Below, piece after piece: positions 1-21,107 of a stretch of DNA of 64,000 nt (position 1 is the first letter of the stretch; every line of letters begins with the position of its first letter). Position numbers and translations under genes: made by a program. The stretch is from the human T2T-CHM13v2.0 reference genome, Homo sapiens, in the NCBI RefSeq assembly GCF_009914755.1, contig NC_060948.1; one strand, given 5' to 3'. Below the pieces are notes generated by a model that searched no databases, was not told the origin of the DNA, and saw nothing but the letters and a program-made list of their open reading frames with translations.

Positions 1-1757
<1,757 letters not shown>

Positions 1758-2340
1758 AGATCCATATTTTTTAAATGAAAAAAAATTTCAAAGGTACTCT
1801 GCTTGGTATAATAATCAAATGTATAAACTGAGGAATAAAACATAACCATGAAACCTACTTATAACTGCATATGGAAAATACAGAGGATAATTTTTTAAAT
1901 AACAAATTTTGAAAGCCTTAACTAGTAATTTGAAGAGCTGGCATTTGAAAGGCCAGTATGAATATACCTTCAAAGCAGCAACACAGGTTCCCCATGAGAA
2001 AAAGCAAACACAGGGAAAGTAAAAACACAAAGGTTCAATCTCTTCTGACCTTTGAAAGACACAGCACAGACAGTGGTCCTTAGGACGAAGAGCAGGAGAC
2101 CCCTAATTCCGTCACCATGGCGATAGGGCATAAACATTGCTGGGTGAGGGCACAATCCACATTGTGAGGTCCAACTGCTGCCAGGAAGACAGGAGTGCTT
2201 TTACATAGACCGAAAGGTCTATGTAAGGTCATTGAAGGCTCAGAGTTTTGTTTCAAGAACTGAATCCCAAGCCCACACGTTATTAGGCTGCGCTTCTTAA
2301 AACAAGTTATGAGATGGGAAAAAGGGCACCCACAAACATA
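1758..2340 (-). repeat. HSATI-like segment of unit 1 (carries an 11-bp insertion)
   Basis: Moderate-GC segment between the Alu and the next AT block. The minus strand reads TAACGTGTGGGCTTGGGATTCAGTTCTTGAAACAAAACTCTGAGCC, resembling the HSATI consensus as I recall it. Boundaries are approximate. Confidence 0.75.
2201..2226. repeat. Perfect 11-bp inverted repeat with GAAA loop (U1 only)
   Basis: TTACATAGACC-GAAA-GGTCTATGTAA. Confidence 0.95.
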
Positions 2341-4181
<1,841 letters not shown>

Positions 4182-4753
4182 AGATCCATATTTTTTAAAT
4201 GAAAAAAAATTTCAAAGGTACTCTGCTTGGTACAATAATCAAATGTATAAACTGAGGAATAAAACATAACCATGAAACCTACTTATAACTGCATATGGAA
4301 AATACAGAGGATAATTTTTTAAATAACATATTTTGAAAGCCTTAACTAGTAATTTGAAGAGTTGGCATTTGAAAGGCCAGTATGAATATACCTTCAAAGC
4401 AGCAACACAGGTTCCCCATGAGAAAAAGCAAACACAGGGAAAATAAAAACACAAAGGTTCAATCTCTTCTGACCTTTGAAAGACACAGCACAGACAGTGG
4501 TCCTTAGGACGAAGAGCAGGAGACCCCTAATTCCGTCACCATGGCGATAGGGCATAAACATTGCTGGGTGAGGGCACAATCCACATTGTGAGGTCCAACT
4601 GCTGCCAGGAAGACAGGAGTGCTTTTACATAGACCGAAAGGTCATTGAAGGCTCAGAGTTTTGTTTCAAGAACTGAATCCCAAGCCCACACGTTATTAGG
4701 CTGCGCTTCTTAAAACAAGTTATGAGATGGGAAAAAGGGCACCCACAAACATA
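4182..4753 (-). repeat. HSATI-like segment of unit 2 (representative; 572 bp directly after the Alu in U2-U26)
   Basis: Same sequence follows every Alu copy; the 71-aa and 61-aa pseudo-ORFs lie inside it. Confidence 0.75.
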
Positions 4754-6279
4754 CGTATACATTATGTATATAATAATATACAGTATCATATATATAATAT
4801 ATATAACCTATGTATAATATTGTTTTACATCCTGCATCTTATGTTATATATATTGTATAAAATATAATAATTGATAATATATAAGTTTTATAATTATACA
4901 ATATGACATAGAGTATATATTATAATTTATGACATATATAATATATGTTATATATCATATATAGAATATATTATACGGTTAATATACGTATTAAATATAA
5001 ATTATACATTATATATATTATATATAATATATCTGTTATATATAATACACATTATGCATAATATATATATTATGTCTATGTTATATATAGTATAAAACAA
5101 CATATATTAATATATAATTGTATATATAAAATGCGACATATAATATATATTATATTTTATAACATATGTAATATATATTATATATAATACGTTGTATGTA
5201 TAATACCTATATTAAATATATATTATATGACTATGTTATTAATTACATGTCACATGTGTTATATATTATATATTTTACATAGAATATACCGGTTACATAC
5301 AATATATACTATGTTACCTATAATGTATAATTTATTACATGTAAAATAAAGAATGCAATATATTATGTATAATTTATAATATACAATATGTGGAATGTGA
5401 TATATGTAACATATAATATATGATATATGATATACAGTATATGATAAATAACATACAATATATGATTCCTAATATATATGGTATACAATATATATTTTAT
5501 GATATGTATTCTATATGTTTTATACTCTGTTATATATAACTATTTGAAATTATATATAACTGTATAATATTTTATGTAAATATGTAATATAATATATATA
5601 ACTATATAATATATTATATATAACTATATATTATGTTATATATACTTTTATAACATAATTTACATAAAATATCATAATATAATATATATTATATTATTTC
5701 ATATTACATAATATATATTACATATCACCCAATATAACTAACATACATAATATTATAATATAGATTATATTATGTTATATTAAATATCATATATATCATG
5801 TATCATATATTCTATAATATATATTACACATTATATAATATGTATGTTGTCTATTATGTGATATATATAACTATATATATAATTATATTTTTATACATAT
5901 AACTAGATAAACATGTAATTTTACATATTTTCATTTATAATATGTAGAATTATATAATCATATATAATTATTTATATTCTATAAAAAATTTTATCATTAT
6001 ATAAATTATAATATATAAAAATTATAATATGTACTACAAATATATATATTATATATCATATATGATATAGTACCTTTGTTATATATCATAATACATATAA
6101 ATGTGTATTATGTTATCTATAATTATATAATTTCATATATAGGATGTATAATATGTATCATATATTATATATGTTATGTAATATATATAGTATATATAAG
6201 ATGACACAGGATAAATATTATATACTATGACATATAAAATATATGAGGTTATATGTTACATATAAGGCATAGCACATAA

Positions 6280-6594
<315 letters not shown>

Positions 6595-8692
6595 AGATCC
6601 ATATTTTTTAAATGAAAAAAAATTTCAAAGGTACTCTGCTTGGTACAATAATCAAATGTATAAACTGAGGAATAAAACATAACCATGAAACCTACTTATA
6701 ACTGCATATGGAAAATACAGAGGATAATTTTTTAAATAACATATTTTGAAAGCCTTAACTAGTAATTTGAAGAGTTGGCATTTGAAAGGCCAGTATGAAT
6801 ATACCTTCAAAGCAGCAACACAGGTTCCCCATGAGAAAAAGCAAACACAGGGAAAATAAAAACACAAAGGTTCAATCTCTTCTGACCTTTGAAAGACACA
6901 GCACAGACAGTGGTCCTTAGGACGAAGAGCAGGAGACCCCTAATTCCGTCACCATGGCGATAGGGCATAAACATTGCTGGGTGAGGGCACAATCCACATT
7001 GTGAGGTACAACTGCTGCCAGGAAGACAGGAGTGCTTTTACATAGACCGAAAGGTCATTGAAGGCTCAGAGTTTTGTTTCAAGAACTGAATCCCAAGCCC
7101 ACACGTTATTAGGCTGCGCTTCTTAAAACAAGTTATGAGATGGGAAAAAGGGCACCCACAAACATACGTATACATTATGTATATAATAATATACAGTATC
7201 ATATATATAATATATATAACCTATGTATAATATTGTTTTACATCCTGCATCTTATGTTATATATATTGTATAAAATATAATAATTGATAATATATAAGTT
7301 TTATAATTATACAATATGACATAGAGTATATATTATAATTTATGACATATATAATATATGTTATATATCATATATAGAATATATTATACGGTTAATATAC
7401 GTATTAAATATAAATTATACATTATATATATTATATATAATATATCTGTTATATATAATACACATTATGCATAATATATATATTATGTCTATGTTATATA
7501 TAGTATAAAACAACATATATTAATATATAATTGTATATATAAAATGCGACATATAATATATATTATATTTTATAACATATGTAATATATATTATATATAA
7601 TACGTTGTATGTATAATACCTATATTAAATATATATTATATGACTATGTTATTAATTACATGTCACATGTGTTATATATTATATATTTTACATAGAATAT
7701 ACCGGTTACATACAATATATACTATGTTACCTATAATGTATAATTTATTACATGTAAAATAAAGAATGCAATATATTATGTATAATTTATAATATACAAT
7801 ATGTGGAATGTGATATATGTAACATATAATATATGATATATGATATACAGTATATGATAAATAACATACAATATATGATTCCTAATATATATGGTATACA
7901 ATATATATTTTATGATATGTATTCTATATGTTTTATACTCTGTTATATATAACTATTTGAAATTATATATAACTGTATAATATTTTATGTAAATATGTAA
8001 TATAATATATATAACTATATAATATATTATATATAACTATATATTATGTTATATATACTTTTATAACATAATTTACATAAAATATCATAATATAATATAT
8101 ATTATATTATTTCATATTACATAATATATATTACATATCACCCAATATAACTAACATACATAATATTATAATATAGATTATATTATGTTATATTAAATAT
8201 CATATATATCATGTATCATATATTCTATAATATATATTACACATTATATAATATGTATGTTGTCTATTATGTGATATATATAACTATATATATAATTATA
8301 TTTTTATACATATAACTAGATAAACATGTAATTTTACATATTTTCATTTATAATATGTAGAATTATATAATCATACATAATTATTTATATTCTATAAAAA
8401 ATTTTATCATTATATAAATTATAATATATAAAAATTATAATATGTACTACAAATATATATATTATATATCATATATGATATAGTACCTTTGTTATATATC
8501 ATAATACATATAAATGTGTATTATGTTATCTATAATTATATAATTTCATATATAGGATGTATAATATGTATCATATATTATATATGTTATGTAATATATA
8601 TAGTATATATAAGATGACACAGGATAAATATTATATACTATGACATATAAAATATATGAGGTTATATGTTACATATAAGGCATAGCACATAA

Positions 8693-9007
<315 letters not shown>

Positions 9008-11130
9008 AGATCCATATTTTTTAAATGAAAAAAAATTTCAAAGGTACTCTGCTTGGTACAATAATCAAATGTATAAACTGAGGAATAAAACATAACCATG
9101 AAACCTACTTATAACTGCATATGGAAAATACAGAGGATAATTTTTTAAATAACATATTTTGAAAGCCTTAACTAGTAATTTGAAGAGTTGGCATTTGAAA
9201 GGCCAGTATGAATATACCTTCAAAGCAGCAACACAGGTTCCCCATGAGAAAAAGCAAACACAGGGAAAATAAAACCACAAAGGTTCAATCTCTTCTGACC
9301 TTTGAAAGACACAGCACAGACAGTGGTCCTTAGGACGAAGAGCAGGAGACCCCTAATTCCGTCACCATGGCGATAGGGCATAAACATTGCTGGGTGAGGG
9401 CACAATCCACATTGTGAGGTACAACTGCTGCCAGGAAGACAGGAGTGCTTTTACATAGACCGAAAGGTCATTGAAGGCTCAGAGTTTTGTTTCAAGAACT
9501 GAATCCCAAGCCCACACGTTATTAGGCTGCGCTTCTTAAAACAAGTTATGAGATGGGAAAAAGGGCACCCACAAACATACGTATACATTATGTATATAAT
9601 AATATACAGTATCATATATATAATATATATAACCTATGTATAATATTGTTTTACATCCTGCATCCTATGTTATATATACTGTATAAAATAAAATAATTGA
9701 TAATATATAAGTTTTATAATTATACAATATGACATATAGTATATATTATAATTTATGACATATATAATATATGTTATATATCATATATAGAATATATTAT
9801 ACGTTTAATATACGTATTAAATATAAATTATACATTATATATATTATATATAATATATCTGTTATATATAATACCCATTATGCATAATACATATATTATG
9901 TCTATTTTATATATAGTATAAAACAACATATAATAATATATAATTGTATATATAAAATGCGACATATAATATATATTATATTTTATAACATATGTAATAT
10001 ATATTATATATAATACGTTGTATGTATAATACCTATATTAAATATATATTATATGACTGTGTTATTAATTACATGTCACATGTGTTATATATTATATATT
10101 TTACATAGAATATACCAGTTACATACAATATATACTATGTTACCTATAATGTATAATTTATTACATGTAAAATAAAGAATGCAATATATTATGTATAATT
10201 TATAATATACAATATGTGGAATGTGATATATGTAACATATAATATATGATATATGATATACAGTATATGATATATAACATACAATATATGATTCCTAATA
10301 TATATGGTATACAATATATATTTTATGATATGTATTCTATATGTTTTATATTCTGTTATGTATAACTATTTGAAATTATATATAACTGTATAATATTTTA
10401 TGTAAATATGTAATATAATATATATAACTATATAATATATTATATATAACTATATATTATGTTATATATACTTTTATAACATAATTTACATAAAATATCA
10501 TAATATAATATATAGTATAATATTTCATATTACATAATATATATTACATATCACCCAATATAACTAACATACATAATATTATAATATAGATTATATTATG
10601 TTATATTAAATATCATATATATCATGTATCATATATTCTATAATATATATTACACATTATATAATATGTATGTTGTCTATTATGTGATATATATAACTAT
10701 ATATATAATTATATTTTTATACATATAACTGGATAAACATGTAATTCTACATATTTTCATTTATAATATGTAGAATTATATAATCATATATAATTATTTA
10801 TATTCTATAAAAAATTTTATCATTATATAAATTATAATATATAAAAATTATAATATGTACTACAAATATATATATATTATATATCATATATGATATAGTA
10901 CCTTTGTTATATATCATAATACATATAAATGTGTATTATGTTATCTATAATTATATAATTTCATATATAAGATGTATAATATGTATCATATATTATATAT
11001 GTTATGTAATATATATAGTATATATAAGATGACACAGGATAAATATTATATACTATGACATATAAAATATATGAGGTTATATGTTACATATAAGGCATAG
11101 CACATAACATGTAATATATATCATGTATAA

Positions 11131-11422
11131 TTTTTTTTTAGACAGAATCTTGTCCTGTTGCACAGGGTGGGGTACAATGGCGCCATCTTTTCTCACTGCA
11201 ACTTCTGCCTCACGGGTCCAAGCGATTGTCCTCCCTCAGCCTCCCAGGTAGCTGGGACTACACCACACTGGGAGTACACCAGCTGCCACCATGCCTAGCT
11301 AATTTTTTGGATTTTTAGTAGTGACAGCGTTTCACTGTATTGGCCAGGATGGTCTTGATCTCTTCACCTTGTGATCCCCTTGCCTTGGCCTCCAAATTTG
11401 CTGGGATTACAGGCCTGAGCCA
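11131..11422 (-). mobile_element. Alu copy, U5
   Basis: Homologous to U1 Alu. Confidence 0.95.
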
Positions 11423-13529
11423 AGATCCATATTTTTTAAATGAAAAAAAATTTCAAAGGTACTCTGCTTGGTACAATAATCAAATGTATAAACTGAGGAA
11501 TAAAACATAACCATGAAACCTACTTATAACTGCATATGGAAAATACAGAGGATAATTTTTTAAATAACATATTTTGAAAGCCTTAACTAGTAATTTGAAG
11601 AGTTGGCATTTGAAAGGCCAGTATGAATATACCTTCAAAGCAGCAACACAGGTTCCCCATGAGAAAAAGCAAACACAGGGAAAATAAAAACACAAAGGTT
11701 CAATCTCTTCTGACCTTTGAAAGACACAGCACAGACAGTGGTCCTTAGGACGAAGAGCAGGAGACCCCTAATTCCGTCACCATGGCGATAGGGCATAAAC
11801 ATTGCTGGGTGAGGGCACAATCCACATTGTGAGGTCCAACTGCTGCCAGGAAGACAGGAGTGCTTTTACATAGACCGAAAGGTCATTGAAGGCTCAGAGT
11901 TTTGTTTCAAGAACTGAATCCCAAGCCCACACGTTATTACGCTGCGCTTCTTAAAACAAGTTATGAGATGGGAAAAAGGGCACCCACAAACATACGTATA
12001 CATTATGTATATAATAATATACAGTATCATATATATAATATATATAACCTATGTATAATATTGTTTTACATCCTGCATCCTATGTTATATATATTGTATA
12101 AAATATAATAATTGATAATATATAAGTTTTATAATTATACAATATGACATATAGTATATATTATAATTTATGACATATATAATATATGTTATATATCATA
12201 TATAGAATATATTATACGGTTAATATACGTATTAAATATAAATTATACATTATATATATTATATATAATATATCTGTTATATATAATACCCATTATGCAT
12301 AATATATATATTATGTCTATGTTATATATAGTATAAAACAACATATAATAATATATAATTGTATATATAAAATGCGACATATAATATATATTATATTTTA
12401 TAACATATGTAATATATATTATATATTATATATAATACGTTGTATGTATAATACCTATATTAAATATATATTATATGACTATGTTATTAATTACATGTCA
12501 CATGTGTTATATATTATATATTTTACGTAGAATATACCGGTTACATACAATATATACTATGTTACCTATAATGTATAATTTATTACATGTAAAATAAAGA
12601 ATGCAATATATTATGTATAATTTATAATATAAAATATGTGGAATGTGATATATGTAACATATAATATATGATATATGATATACAGTATATGATATATAAC
12701 ATACAATATATGATTCCTAATATATATGGTATACAATATATATTTTATGATATGTATTCTATATGTTTTATATTCTGTTATATATAACTATTTGAAATTA
12801 TAAATAACTGTATAATATTTTATGTAAATATGTAATATAATATATATAACTATATAATATATTATATATAACTATATATTATGTTATATATACTTTTATA
12901 ACATAATTTACATAAAATATCATAATATAATATATATTATAATATTTCATATTACATTATATATATTACATATCACCCAATATAACTAACATACATAATA
13001 TTATAATATAGATTATATTATGTTATATTAAATATCATATATATCATGTATCATATATTCTATAATATATATTACACATTATATAATATGTATGTTGTCT
13101 ATTATGTGATATATATAACTATATATATAATTATATTTTTATACATATAACTAGATAAACATGTAATTCTACATATTTTCATTTATAATATGTAGAATTA
13201 TATAATCATATATAATTATTAATATTCTATAAAAAATTTTATCATTATATAAATTATAATATATAAAAATTATAATATGTACTACAAATATATATATATT
13301 ATATATCATATATGATATAGTACCTTTGTTATATATCATAATACATATAAATGTGTATTATGTTATTTATAATTATATAATTTCATATATAAGATGTATA
13401 ATATGTATCATATATTATATATGTTATGTAATATATATAGTATATATAAGATGACACAGGATAAATATTATATACTATGACATATAAAATATATGAGGTT
13501 ATATGTTACATATAAGGCATAGCACATAA

Positions 13530-13844
<315 letters not shown>

Positions 13845-15951
13845 AGATCCATATTTTTTAAATGAAAAAAAATTTCAAAGGTACTCTGCTTGGTACAATA
13901 ATCAAATGTATAAACTGAGGAATAAAACATAACCATGAAACCTACTTATAACTGCATATGGAAAATACAGAGGATAATTTTTTAAATAACATATTTTGAA
14001 AGCCTTAACTAGTAATTTGAAGAGTTGGCATTTGAAAGGCCAGTATGAATATACCTTCAAAGCAGCAACACAGGTTCCCCATGAGAAAAAGCAAACACAG
14101 GGAAAATAAAAACACAAAGGTTCAATCTCTTCTGACCTTTGAAAGACACAGCACAGACAGTGGTCCTTAGGACGAAGAGCAGGAGACCCCTAATTCCGTC
14201 ACCATGGCGATAGGGCATAAACATTGCTGGGTGAGGGCACAATCCACATTGTGAGGTCCAACTGCTGCCAGGAAGACAGGAGTGCTTTTACATAGACCGA
14301 AAGGTCATTGAAGGCTCAGAGTTTTGTTTCAAGAACTGAATCCCAAGCCCACACGTTATTAGGCTGCGCTTCTTAAAACAAGTTATGAGATGGGAAAAAG
14401 GGCACCCACAAACATACGTATACATTATGTATATAATAATATACAGTATCATATATATAATATATATAACCTATGTATAATATTGTTTTACATCCTGCAT
14501 CCTATGTTATATATATTGTATAAAATATAATAATTGATAATATATAAGTTTTATAATTATACAATATGACATATAGTATATATTATAATTTATGACATAT
14601 ATAATATATGTTATATATCATATATAGAATATATTATACGGTTAATATACGTATTAAATATAAATTATACATTATATATATTATATATAATATATCTGTT
14701 ATATTTAATACCCATTATGCATAATATATATATTATGTCTATGTTATATATAGTATAAAACAACATATAATAATATATAATTGTATATATAAAATGCGAC
14801 ATATAATATATATTATATTTTATAACATATGTAATATATATTATATATTATATATAATACGTTGTATGTATAATACCTATATTAAATATATATTATATGA
14901 CTATGTTATTAATTACATGTCACATGTGTTATATATTATATATTTTACGTAGAATATACCGGTTACATACAATATATACTATGTTACCTATAATGTATAA
15001 TTTATTACATGTAAAATAAAGAATGCAATATATTATGTATAATTTATAATATAAAATATGTGGAATGTGATATATGTAACATATAATATATGATATATGA
15101 TATACAGTATATGATATATAACATACAATATATGATTCCTAATATATATGGTATACAATATATATTTTATGATATGTATTCTATATGTTTTATATTCTGT
15201 TATATATAACTATTTGAAATTATATATAACTGTATAATATTTTATGTAAATATGTAATATAATATATATAACTATATAATATATTATATATAACTATATA
15301 TTATGTTATATATACTTTTATAACATAATTTACATAAAATATCATAATATAATATATATTATAATATTTCATATTACATAATATATATTACATATCACCC
15401 AATATAACTAACATACATAATATTATAATATAGATTATATTATGTTATATTAAATATCATATATATCATGTATCATATATTCTATAATATATATTACACA
15501 TTATATAATATGTATGTTGTCTATTATGTGATATATATAACTATATATATAATTATATTTTTATACATATAACTAGATAAACATGTAATTCTACATATTT
15601 TCATTTATAATATGTAGAATTATATAATCATATATAATTATTAATATTCTATAAAAAATTTTATCATTATATAAATTATAATATATAAAAATTATAATAT
15701 GTACTATAAATATATATATATTATATATCATATATGATATAGTACCTTTGTTATATATCATAATACATATAAATGTGTATTATGTTATCTATAATTATAT
15801 AATTTCATATATAGGATGTATAATATGTATCATATATTATATATGTTATGTAATATATATAGTATATATAAGATGACACAGGATAAATATTATATACTAT
15901 GACATATAAAATATATGAGGTTATATGTTACATATAAGGCATAGCACATAA

Positions 15952-16266
<315 letters not shown>

Positions 16267-18373
16267 AGATCCATATTTTTTAAATGAAAAAAAATTTCAA
16301 AGGTACTCTGCTTGGTACAATAATCAAATGTATAAACTGAGGAATAAAACATAACCATGAAACCTACTTATAACTGCATATGGAAAATACAGAGGATAAT
16401 TTTTTAAATAACATATTTTGAAAGCCTTAACTAGTAATTTGAAGAGTTGGCATTTGAAAGGCCAGTATGAATATACCTTCAAAGCAGCAACACAGGTTCC
16501 CCATGAGAAAAAGCAAACACAGGGAAAATAAAAACACAAAGGTTCAATCTCTTCTGACCTTTGAAAGACACAGCACAGACAGTGGTCCTTAGGACGAAGA
16601 GCAGGAGACCCCTAATTCCGTCACCATGGCGATAGGGCATAAACATTGCTGGGTGAGGGCACAATCCACATTGTGAGGTCCAACTGCTGCCAGGAAGACA
16701 GGAGTGCTTTTACATAGACCGAAAGGTCATTGAAGGCTCAGAGTTTTGTTTCAAGAACTGAATCCCAAGCCCACACGTTATTAGGCTGCGCTTCTTAAAA
16801 CAAGTTATGAGATGGGAAAAAGGGCACCCACAAACATACGTATACATTATGTATATAATAATATACAGTATCATATATATAATATATATAACCTATGTAT
16901 AATATTGTTTTACATCCTGCATCCTATGTTATATATATTGTATAAAATATAATAATTGATAATATATAAGTTTTATAATTATACAATATGACATATAGTA
17001 TATATTATAATTTATGACATATATAATATATGTTATATATCATATATAGAATATATTATACGGTTAATATACGTATTAAATATAAATTATACATTATATA
17101 TATTATATATAATATATCTGTTATATATAATACCCATTATGCATAATATATATATTATGTCTATGTTATATATAGTATAAAACAACATATAATAATATAT
17201 AATTGTATATATAAAATGCGACATATAATATATATTATATTTTATAACATATGTAATATATATTATATATTATATATAATACGTTGTATGTATAATACCT
17301 ATATTAAATATATATTATATGACTATGTTATTAATTACATGTCACATGTGTTATATATTATATATTTTACGTAGAATATACCGGTTACATACAATATATA
17401 CTATGTTACCTATAATGTATAATTTATTACATGTAAAATAAAGAATGCAATATATTATGTATAATTTATAATATAAAATATGTGGAATGTGATATATGTA
17501 ACATATAATATATGATATATGATATACAGTATATGATATATAACATACAATATATGATTCCTAATATATATGGTATACAATATATATTTTATGATATGTA
17601 TTCTATATGTTTTATATTCTGTTATATATAACTATTTGAAATTATAAATAACTGTATAATATTTTATGTAAATATGTAATATAATATATATAACTATATA
17701 ATATATTATATATAACTATATATTATGTTATATATACTTTTATAACATAATTTACATAAAATATCATAATATAATATATATTATAATATTTCATATTACA
17801 TAATATATATTACATATCACCCAATATAACTAACATACATAATATTATAATATAGATTATATTATGTTATATTAAATATCATATATATCATGTATCATAT
17901 ATTCTATAATATATATTACACATTATATAATATGTATGTTGTCTATTATGTGATATATATAACTATATATATAATTATATTTTTATACATATAACTAGAT
18001 AAACATGTAATTCTACATATTTTCATTTATAATATGTAGAATTATATAATCATATATAATTATTAATATTCTATAAAAAATTTTATCATTATATAAATTA
18101 TAATATATAAAAATTATAATATGTACTATAAATATATATATATTATATATCATATATGATATAGTACCTTTGTTATATATCATAATACATATAAATGTGT
18201 ATTATGTTATCTATAATTATATAATTTCATATATAAGATGTATAATATGTATCATATATTATATATGTTATGTAATATATATAGTATATATAAGATGACA
18301 CAGGATAAATATTATATACTATGACATATAAAATATATGAGGTTATATGTTACATATAAGGCATAGCACATAA

Positions 18374-18688
<315 letters not shown>

Positions 18689-20792
18689 AGATCCATATTT
18701 TTTAAATGAAAAAAAATTTCAAAGGTACTCTGCTTGGTACAATAATCAAATGTATAAACTGAGGAATAAAACATAACCATGAAACCTACTTATAACTGCA
18801 TATGGAAAATACAGAGGATAATTTTTTAAATAACATATTTTGAAAGCCTTAACTAGTAATTTGAAGAGTTGGCATTTGAAAGGCCAGTATGAATATACCT
18901 TCAAAGCAGCAACACAGGTTCCCCATGAGAAAAAGCAAACACAGGGAAAATAAAAACACAAAGGTTCAATCTCTTCTGACCTTTGAAAGACACAGCACAG
19001 ACAGTGGTCCTTAGGACGAAGAGCAGGAGACCCCTAATTCCGTCACCATGGCGATAGGGCATAAACATTGCTGGGTGAGGGCACAATCCACATTGTGAGG
19101 TCCAACTGCTGCCAGGAAGACAGGAGTGCTTTTACATAGACCGAAAGGTCATTGAAGGCTCAGAGTTTTGTTTCAAGAACTGAATCCCAAGCCCACACGT
19201 TATTAGGCTGCGCTTCTTAAAACAAGTTATGAGATGGGAAAAAGGGCACCCACAAACATACGTATACATTATGTATATAATAATATACAGTATCATATAT
19301 ATAATATATATAACCTATGTATAATATTGTTTTACATCCTGCATCTTATGTTATATATATTGTATAAAATATAATAATTGATAATATATAAGTTTTATAA
19401 TTATACAATATGACATAGAGTATATATTATAATTTATGACATATATAATATATGTTATATATCATATATAGAATATATTATACGGTTAATATACGTATTA
19501 AATATAAATTATACATTATATATATTATATATAATATATCTGTTATATATAATACACATTATGCATAATATATATATTATGTCTATGTTATATATAGTAT
19601 AAAACAACATATATTAATATATAATTGTATATATAAAATGCGACATATAATATATATTATATTTTATAACATATGTAATATATATTATATATTATATATA
19701 ATACGTTGTATGTATAATACCTATATTAAATATATATTATATGACTATGTTATTAATTACATGTCACATGTGTTATATATTATATATTTTACATAGAATA
19801 TACCGGTTCCATACAATATATACTATGTTACCTATAATGTATAATTTATTACATGTAAAATAAAGAATGCAATATATTATGTATAATTTATAATATACAA
19901 TATGTGGAATGTGATATATGTAACATATAATATATGATATATGATATACAGTATATGATATATAACATACAATATATGATTCCTAATATATATGGTATAG
20001 AATATATATTTTATGATATGTATTCTATATGTTTTATATTCTGTTATATATATCTATTTGAAATTATATATAACTGTATAATATTTTATGTAAATATGTA
20101 ATATAATATATATAACTATATAATATATTATATATAACTATATATTATGTTATATATACTTTTATAACATAATTTACATAAAATATCATAATATAATATA
20201 TATTATAATATTTCATATTACATAATATATATTACATATCACCCAATATAACTAACATACAAAATATTATAATATAGATTATATTATGTTATATTAAATA
20301 TCATATATATCATGTATCATATATTCTATAATATATATTACACATTATATAATATGTATGTTGTCTATTATGTGATATATTTAACTATATATATAATTAT
20401 ATTTTTATACATATAACTAGATAAACATGTAATTCTACATATTTTCATTTATAATATGTAGAATTATATAATCATATATAATTATTAATATTCTATAAAA
20501 ATTTTATCATTATATAAATTATAATATATAAAAATTATAATATGTACTACAAATATATATATAATATATCATATATGATATAGTACATTTGTTATATATC
20601 ATAATACATATAAATGTGTATTATGTTATCTATAATTATATAATTTCATATATAAGATGTATAATATGTATCATATATTATATATGTTATGTAATATATA
20701 TAGTATATATAAGATGACACAGGATAAATATTATATACTATGACATATAAAATATATGAGGTTATATGTTACATATAAGGCATAGCACATAG

Positions 20793-21107
<315 letters not shown>

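Noticed and set aside
2201-2226. Hairpin as a functional ncRNA, ribozyme or terminator
   Set aside because: Present in one unit only, no U-tract directly after the stem on the + strand, no further conserved fold seen; a mutational origin explains it
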